Of a stretch of 32,000 nt of DNA, positions 27,262 to 32,000 are shown piece by piece; within the stretch, counting starts at the first letter, position 1; each line of letters begins with the position of its first letter. The stretch is from positions 1,680,001 through 1,712,000 of the forward strand of contig NZ_CP066018.1 of the NCBI RefSeq assembly GCF_016127575.1, in the 5' to 3' direction. The position numbers were made by a program, and so were the translations under genes. Source of the stretch: Cupriavidus necator (lineage in GTDB: Bacteria; Pseudomonadota; Gammaproteobacteria; Burkholderiales; Burkholderiaceae). The notes under the pieces were generated by a model. The model ran no database searches, had not been told where the DNA came from, and was given only the letters and a program-made list of their open reading frames with translations.

Positions 27262-27275
27262 TTGACTCACGTCAA
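27262..27275. promoter_or_regulatory. second exact FNR/Anr-type palindrome TTGAC-TCAC-GTCAA
   Basis: The arms are identical to those of the hemN site. It lies 8 nt downstream of the gntR stop codon and upstream (minus strand) of three hairpins and the terminator. Confidence 0.45.
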
Positions 27276-27283
27276 GCAGACGC

Positions 27284-27976
27284 CTACGCGAGCAGCGCGG
27301 TCACCAGGTCCTTGCCGCGCGACACCGGCGCGGTTTCCTCGAAATGCAGCGCACCTTCCACGTGGCCCAGGTGGTCCACCATCAGCGTGACGGCCCGCTC
27401 GACATCGCCGGCACGGGCGGCCTCGATGAATTCGCGGTGCTCGTCCGACGAGCAGGCCGCGTCGCGGCGCGACTGGTACAGCATGGTGATGACCGCGCTG
27501 CGCGTCGACAGCTCGCGCATCATCTCGGTCAGCACGCCGTTGCCGACCACCTCGGCCAGCACGATATGGAAGTCGCCCAGCAGCCGGGTGCGTACCTGCG
27601 CATCGTTGCCACCCAGCGCCTTGCGTTCGGCCGCCAGGTGGCGGTCGATGCGCTTGTAGTCGGCCGGGGTCGCCTTGGCAACGAACTCGCGCGCCAGCGC
27701 CGCTTCCAGGATGCGGCGCACCGCGAAGACCTCGCGCGCCTCCTCGGCGCTGGGCTTGGCCACGAAGGCACCCTTGTCGGGCACGATCTGGATGACCTTG
27801 TCCTTGGACAGCATCAGCAGCGCCGCGCGCACCTTGGTGCGGCTGACGCGGTAGACACTGGCCAGGGCCTCCTCGCGCAGCTTGGTGCCGGGCGGCAGGC
27901 GGTGCGAAACGATGGCCGCGACAATGTCTTCGGCGATCGCTTCGGCGGTCATGTCAGGATCGATATGCTCGGGCAT
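27284..27976 (-). CDS. GntR-family transcriptional regulator, FadR/FCD subfamily
   Basis: wHTH PGTKLREEALASVYRVSRTKVRAALLMLSKDKVIQIVPDKGAFV followed by an all-helical FCD-like C-domain. An alternative start at M9 (27952) is possible. Confidence 0.88.
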   Translation of the reverse strand: MPEHIDPDMTAEAIAEDIVAAIVSHRLPPGTKLREEALASVYRVSRTKVRAALLMLSKDKVIQIVPDKGAFVAKPSAEEAREVFAVRRILEAALAREFVAKATPADYKRIDRHLAAERKALGGNDAQVRTRLLGDFHIVLAEVVGNGVLTEMMRELSTRSAVITMLYQSRRDAACSSDEHREFIEAARAGDVERAVTLMVDHLGHVEGALHFEETAPVSRGKDLVTALLA

Positions 27977-28024
27977 GGCAGCGCACTTGCGCAGGGGCTG
28001 CGCGGTTGGGGAGATGGCGTGATT

Positions 28025-29425
28025 CTATCGCCCCGGCGCAGGGACCGGAGAACCGGCGGTAACGCCGTCCTCCGCCATCGCGGCCAGGCCAGCATCCAGG
28101 TCGGTCGCCTCGATGGCGCCGTTGAGCACGCCATGGGCCCGTTCGCGGTCGATATCCTTCTCCCAGGCGGCCACCACCACGGTCGCCACGCAGTTGCCGA
28201 TCAGGTTGCCCAGTGCACGCGCGATGCCGATGAACCAGTCCACCGACAGCACCAGCACCAGCCCGATGGCGGGAATCGCCGGGTGTGCCGACAGCGTCGC
28301 GGCCAGGATCACGATGGCCGAGCCGGGGATGCCGTGCGCGCCCTTGGAGGTGACCAGCGCCACCGCCAGGATGCCGAGCAGGTCGCCCATCGCCAGCGGC
28401 GTGTTGGTCGCCTGCGCGATAAAAACCGCGGCCAGCGTCAGGTAGATCGAGAACGCATCCAGGTTGAACGAGTAGCCGGTCGGGATCACCAGGCCCACCA
28501 CCGACTTCTTGATGCCCATGAACTCCAGCTTCTTCATCACCTGCGGCAGCACGCTGTCGGACGAGGCCGTGCCCAGCACCACCAGCAGCTCGGCGCGCAG
28601 GTAGCGGATCAGCTTGATCACCGAGAAGCCGCACACGCGCATGATGGTGCCCAGCACCACCAGCACGAACACGATCACCGCGCCGTAGAACAGGAATACC
28701 AGGAAGCCGAGCTGCTTGAGCGAGCCGATGCCGTACTTGCCCACGGTGAAGGCCACCGCGCCCAGCACGCCCAGCGGCGCCAGCTTGATGATGAAGCCCA
28801 TCATCTTGAACAGCGTATGCGAGAAGGTGTCGATCAGCCTGACCAGCGGCCGGCCCGGCTCACCCACCAGAGACAGCGCGCAGCCGAACAGGATCGACAC
28901 CAGCAGCACCTGCAGCACGTCGCCGTTGGCAAAGGCGCCGAACACGGTATTGGGGATCAGCTTGAGCAGGAAGTCGACCGTGCCCTGGTCCTTCACCTTG
29001 GTCGCGTTGTCGATAAATCCGGCGATGGCCGACGCATCGAGCGAACGCGGGTCGACATTCATGCCGACGCCGGGCTGGAACACATAGGCCAGCAGGATGC
29101 CCAGCGCCAGCGCGATGGTGGTGACGATCTCGAAGTACACCACCGCCTTGATGCCGACGCGGCCGACCTTCTTCAGCTCGCCGGCGCCGCAGATGCCGGC
29201 CACCACCACGCAGAACACGATCGGGCCGATCAGCATCTTGATCAGCTTGATAAAGGCATCGCCAAGCGGCTTGAGCTTGGCGGCGAATTCAGGGAATGCC
29301 AGGCCGAGTGCCGTGCCAATTACCAGGGCAATCAGCACCTGGCCAAACAGCGAACGGGTGAAGCGGATGTGCAAACGGGGCTGGGGGGCGCCGGGGCGGG
29401 GCTGCGAGGGAACTGCATGCTGCAT
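28025..29425 (-). CDS. dctA: C4-dicarboxylate/aspartate:cation symporter DctA (DAACS family)
   Basis: LFGQVLIALVIGTALG...FIKLIKMLIGPIVFCVVVAGI...SSDSVLPQ...GYSFNLDAFSIY motifs. I prefer the start at M21 (29425), which has GGAGA 6 nt upstream. Confidence 0.92.
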   Translation of the reverse strand: MQHAVPSQPRPGAPQPRLHIRFTRSLFGQVLIALVIGTALGLAFPEFAAKLKPLGDAFIKLIKMLIGPIVFCVVVAGICGAGELKKVGRVGIKAVVYFEIVTTIALALGILLAYVFQPGVGMNVDPRSLDASAIAGFIDNATKVKDQGTVDFLLKLIPNTVFGAFANGDVLQVLLVSILFGCALSLVGEPGRPLVRLIDTFSHTLFKMMGFIIKLAPLGVLGAVAFTVGKYGIGSLKQLGFLVFLFYGAVIVFVLVVLGTIMRVCGFSVIKLIRYLRAELLVVLGTASSDSVLPQVMKKLEFMGIKKSVVGLVIPTGYSFNLDAFSIYLTLAAVFIAQATNTPLAMGDLLGILAVALVTSKGAHGIPGSAIVILAATLSAHPAIPAIGLVLVLSVDWFIGIARALGNLIGNCVATVVVAAWEKDIDRERAHGVLNGAIEATDLDAGLAAMAEDGVTAGSPVPAPGR

Positions 29426-29671
29426 GGTTGTCTCCGTACCGGGCCGGTCCGGCGCCTGTCCATTGGCTGGCGCTGGCTGGCCCATCTGATCCAGGAATCA
29501 CCGGCGGCCCCGTACTGCTCTACTGGCGGGTGGCTGCCGGCCTTACGTTCCGTGCTGGCTTCCGGGTCGGGAGCGCGCCACTTCGCGGATGGCCCCCCTG
29601 TTGAGGCGGAATCCACGCAATCGCCTGTCCGGACCGGATTGTCCGCGGCAAATTGTCTGAACGTGGAAGCG

Positions 29672-29700
29672 AATATAGTGCATATCATTTTTGTATGCAA
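29672..29700 (-). promoter_or_regulatory. candidate sigma70 promoter TTGCAT-N17-TATATT for dctA-gntR, overlapped by inverted repeat TGCATA-N9-TATGCA (29679-29699)
   Basis: Read on the minus strand, with an exact 17-nt spacer and 5/6 match at -10. It lies in the only AT-rich patch of the divergent intergenic region. The inverted repeat spans the spacer and -35, as expected for a repressor operator. Confidence 0.5.
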
Positions 29701-29712
29701 TTTTTGAATTCA

Positions 29713-29735
29713 CTGTGCTAACATGAATCGCACAG
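29713..29735. promoter_or_regulatory. inverted repeat CTGTGC-N11-GCACAG in the dctA / M20-hydrolase divergent region
   Basis: 6-bp perfect arms, 116 bp upstream of the 29851 ATG. Function unknown. Confidence 0.3.
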
Positions 29736-29850
29736 AATAGAGCTTCGGCCCGGGCGCCACGCCCGCGCCGGCAGGCCTTGCGGCAGACGCCGGCGGGTCT
29801 TGCCGGACCACCCGCCGCGGCGTTCACGCACTTCCAGCAGGAGACAACGC

Positions 29851-31107
29851 ATGGCAGCAAATCCGTCGCCGTCCGCCGCAGAGACTGGCACGCGCATCAT
29901 GGCCTGGGCCGACGCCCTGGCCGTCCACACCGAGCAGCCCGGCATGCTCACCCGTACCTACCTGACCGAGGCCCACCACGGCGCCGCCGCGCAGCTGACC
30001 GAATGGATGCAGCAGGCCGGCATGACGGTGCGGCGCGACGCCGCCGGCAACGTGATCGGCCGCTATGAGGGCACTTCGCCCGATGCGCCGGCGCTGCTGA
30101 CGGGCTCGCACTTCGACACCGTGCGCGACGGCGGCCGCTATGACGGCAACCTCGGCGTGATCCTGCCGATCGCGTGCGTGGCCGAATGGAACCGCCAGGG
30201 CAAGCGCTTCCCGTTTGCGATCGAGGTGGTCGGCTTTGCCGAGGAAGAGGGCGTGCGCTTCAAGGCCACGCTGCTGGGCAGCCGCGCCATCGCCGGCACC
30301 TTCGACAACAACGTGCTGGACAACGTCGACGACAGCGGCAAGACCATGCGCCAGGTGATGCGCGAGGCCGGTTTCGACGCCGCTGCCTTGCCCGCCGCCA
30401 GGCATGACAGCAGCAAGGTCGCGGCCTTCATCGAAGTCCACATCGAACAAGGTCCGGTGCTGCTCAATGAAAACCTGCCGGTGGGCGTGGTGACGGCAAT
30501 CTCCGGCGCCACCCGCTTTATCGTCGAGCTCGAAGGCCTGGCCGGCCACGCCGGCACGGTGCCGATGGACATGCGCCGCGACGCCGCCATGGCCGGGGCC
30601 GAGATCGGCCTGTATATCGAGAAGCGCTGCGGCGGCAAGCCGGGCCTGGTCGGCACGGTCGGCCAGTTCAACGTGCCCAACGGCGCCGCCAACGTGGTGC
30701 CGGGCCGCGCCGTGTTCTCCATCGACATCCGCGCCGGCGCTGACGCCGAGCGCGAGGCCGCCGTCAACGACGTGCTGGCCGAGATCGAGCGCGTGTGCGC
30801 GCGCCGCAACGTGCGCACGCAGGTGCGCAAGACCCATGAGGCGAAGAGTGTTCCCTGCGCCCCGTGGCTGCAAGAGCAATGGGCCGCCGCGATTGCCCGC
30901 CAGGGCGTGCCGGTGCGCCACCTGCCGTCGGGCGCCGGCCACGACGCCATGGCCATTGCCGCCATCGCCGACGTCGCCATGCTGTTCGTGCGCTGCGGCA
31001 ACGGCGGCATCAGCCACCATCCCACCGAAACCATGACCGCCGAGGACGCCGCCCTGTCCGCGCGCGTGTTCAGCGATTTCGTCGAGCACTTCCGCCTGCC
31101 GCAGTAA
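29851..31107 (+). CDS. M20-family Zn amidohydrolase, allantoate amidohydrolase / N-carbamoyl-L-amino-acid hydrolase subfamily
   Basis: LTRTYLTEAH...DAAGNVIGRYEG...LLTGSHFDTVRDGGRYDGNLGV...VGFAEEEGVRF...GHAGTVPM...SGAGHDAM. I prefer the start at M18 of ORF 29800..31107, which has AGGAGA 7 nt upstream. Confidence 0.85.
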   Translation: MAANPSPSAAETGTRIMAWADALAVHTEQPGMLTRTYLTEAHHGAAAQLTEWMQQAGMTVRRDAAGNVIGRYEGTSPDAPALLTGSHFDTVRDGGRYDGNLGVILPIACVAEWNRQGKRFPFAIEVVGFAEEEGVRFKATLLGSRAIAGTFDNNVLDNVDDSGKTMRQVMREAGFDAAALPAARHDSSKVAAFIEVHIEQGPVLLNENLPVGVVTAISGATRFIVELEGLAGHAGTVPMDMRRDAAMAGAEIGLYIEKRCGGKPGLVGTVGQFNVPNGAANVVPGRAVFSIDIRAGADAEREAAVNDVLAEIERVCARRNVRTQVRKTHEAKSVPCAPWLQEQWAAAIARQGVPVRHLPSGAGHDAMAIAAIADVAMLFVRCGNGGISHHPTETMTAEDAALSARVFSDFVEHFRLPQ

Positions 31108-31164
31108 GCCAGCGCAGATTCCCCGGAACCCACCCGAACCCCTCCGTAGTTGAGAGAACAAGTC

Positions 31165-32000
31165 ATGACCGCACGAGACAATATGAACCCCACTGAAACC
31201 ACGCTGACGCAGTTCATCGACCAGCACCGTCCGGAACAGGAAGCTTTCCTGGCCGAACTGGTCAAGGTGCCCTCGGACAACCCCGCAGGCGACTGCGACG
31301 CCCATGGCAAGCGCGCCAAGGAACTGCTGGAGGGCCTGGGCTTCACGGTGGAGGCGCACAAGGTGCCGGACGAGCTGGTGAAGGCAGCCGGCATGATCAG
31401 CGCCACCAACCTGATCGTGCGCAAGCAGTTCGGCACGGGCGGCCCGACCATCGCCATGAACGCCCACGGCGACGTGGTGCCCCCGGGCCTGGGCTGGACC
31501 AAGGACCCGTACGGCGGTGAAGTGGCCGACAGCGAGCACGGCCCGGTCATGTACGGCCGCGGCGTGGCAGTATCCAAATCTGACTTCGCCACCTACACCT
31601 ACGCCGTGCTGGCGCTGATGGAAGCAGAGAAGCAGGGCGCCAGGATCAACGGCGCGGTTGAGCTGCAGTTCACCTATGACGAGGAAACCGGCGGCGACAT
31701 CGGTCCCAAGTTCCTGCTCGACAACAACCTGAGCAAGGCCGACTACGCCATCTCGGCCGGCTTCTCGTACGGCATCACCTCGTCGCACAACGGCTGCCTG
31801 CACGTCGAAGTGACGGTCAAGGGCAAGCAGGGCCACGCCGCCATGCCGCATACGGGCGTGGATGCGATCGAAGCCGCCACCCACATCCTGCAAGCCATCT
31901 ACGGCCTGCGCGCCGAGCTGGCCACGCGCAAGTCGAAGGTGCCGGGCATCGACACCGCCACGCTGAACGTCGGCCTGATCAAGGGCGGCATCAATACCAA
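31165..32000 (+). CDS. M20-family metallopeptidase/deacylase (ArgE/DapE/ACY1-like); C-terminus outside window
   Basis: Not in the ORF track because it runs off the window. Hand translation gives MTARDNMNPTETTLTQFIDQHRPEQEAFLAELVKVPSDNP...IAMNAHGDVVPPG...YGRGVAVSKSDFATY...FTYDEETGG...VKGKQGHAAMPHTGVDAIE. Confidence 0.8.
   Translation, partial: MTARDNMNPTETTLTQFIDQHRPEQEAFLAELVKVPSDNPAGDCDAHGKRAKELLEGLGFTVEAHKVPDELVKAAGMISATNLIVRKQFGTGGPTIAMNAHGDVVPPGLGWTKDPYGGEVADSEHGPVMYGRGVAVSKSDFATYTYAVLALMEAEKQGARINGAVELQFTYDEETGGDIGPKFLLDNNLSKADYAISAGFSYGITSSHNGCLHVEVTVKGKQGHAAMPHTGVDAIEAATHILQAIYGLRAELATRKSKVPGIDTATLNVGLIKGGINT

Noticed and set aside
29524-29537. Sigma54-like TGGC-N7-TGC upstream of the M20 hydrolase gene; DctA genes are often sigma54/DctD-dependent
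   Set aside because: The GG-to-GC spacing is one nucleotide short of the TGGCAC-N5-TTGC consensus. It is on the strand opposite to dctA and more than 300 bp from the + strand ATG. No dctBD genes are present.
27344-29707. 787-aa + strand ORF spanning gntR and dctA in antisense (similar cases: 29824..31893(-), 19938..21824(+), 18120..19910(+), 16824..18056(+), 15233..16657(+), 6305..7999(+), 8822..10093(-), 21799..23259(-))
   Set aside because: All are shadows of well-supported genes on the opposite strand or cross several genes and intergenic spacers. Their products are R/G/A/H/Q-rich without motifs. Codon third-position bias favours the opposite-strand genes.

Overview
This is a high-GC chromosomal segment whose gene content and codon bias look betaproteobacterial (Cupriavidus/Ralstonia-like; the taxon is my inference). 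I can support about 27 protein genes and one tRNA. Left third: a partial periplasmic binding protein, hemN preceded by an FNR-type box, a membrane-anchored dihaem cytochrome c5, and tRNA-Arg(CCG) directly abutted by a 3'-truncated GGDEF gene. It continues with a MipA/OmpV gene broken by two 1-nt shifts in G-runs, arfB, a FemAB-like GNAT, htpX and a small secreted protein. It ends with a PbrR/CadR-type MerR regulator carrying a perfect operator palindrome, rnk, a secreted KFDxYTDG-repeat protein and an orphan HAE1 RND permease. Middle: a YpfJ-type Zn peptidase and the classical glycerate-pathway operon gcl-hyi-glxR-ttuD-pyk. Right third: a hypothetical 4-TM protein, a LysR regulator, DUF2784, an SDR plus two crotonases, dctA-gntR(FCD), and two divergently transcribed M20 amidohydrolases. 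I found no transposase, integrase, CRISPR, phage or recognisable defence or toxin genes, and no convincing novel multi-gene system. The items most worth follow-up are: (i) a second exact FNR-type palindrome followed by three hairpins and a terminator, a candidate small RNA; (ii) the orphan metal-sensor locus; (iii) the secreted repeat protein; (iv) the tRNA-adjacent gene truncation; (v) the adaptor-less RND pump with a long leader. The many long ORFs antisense to real genes are GC-driven shadow ORFs. The ORF track omits edge-truncated ORFs, so the two window-edge genes were read by hand.
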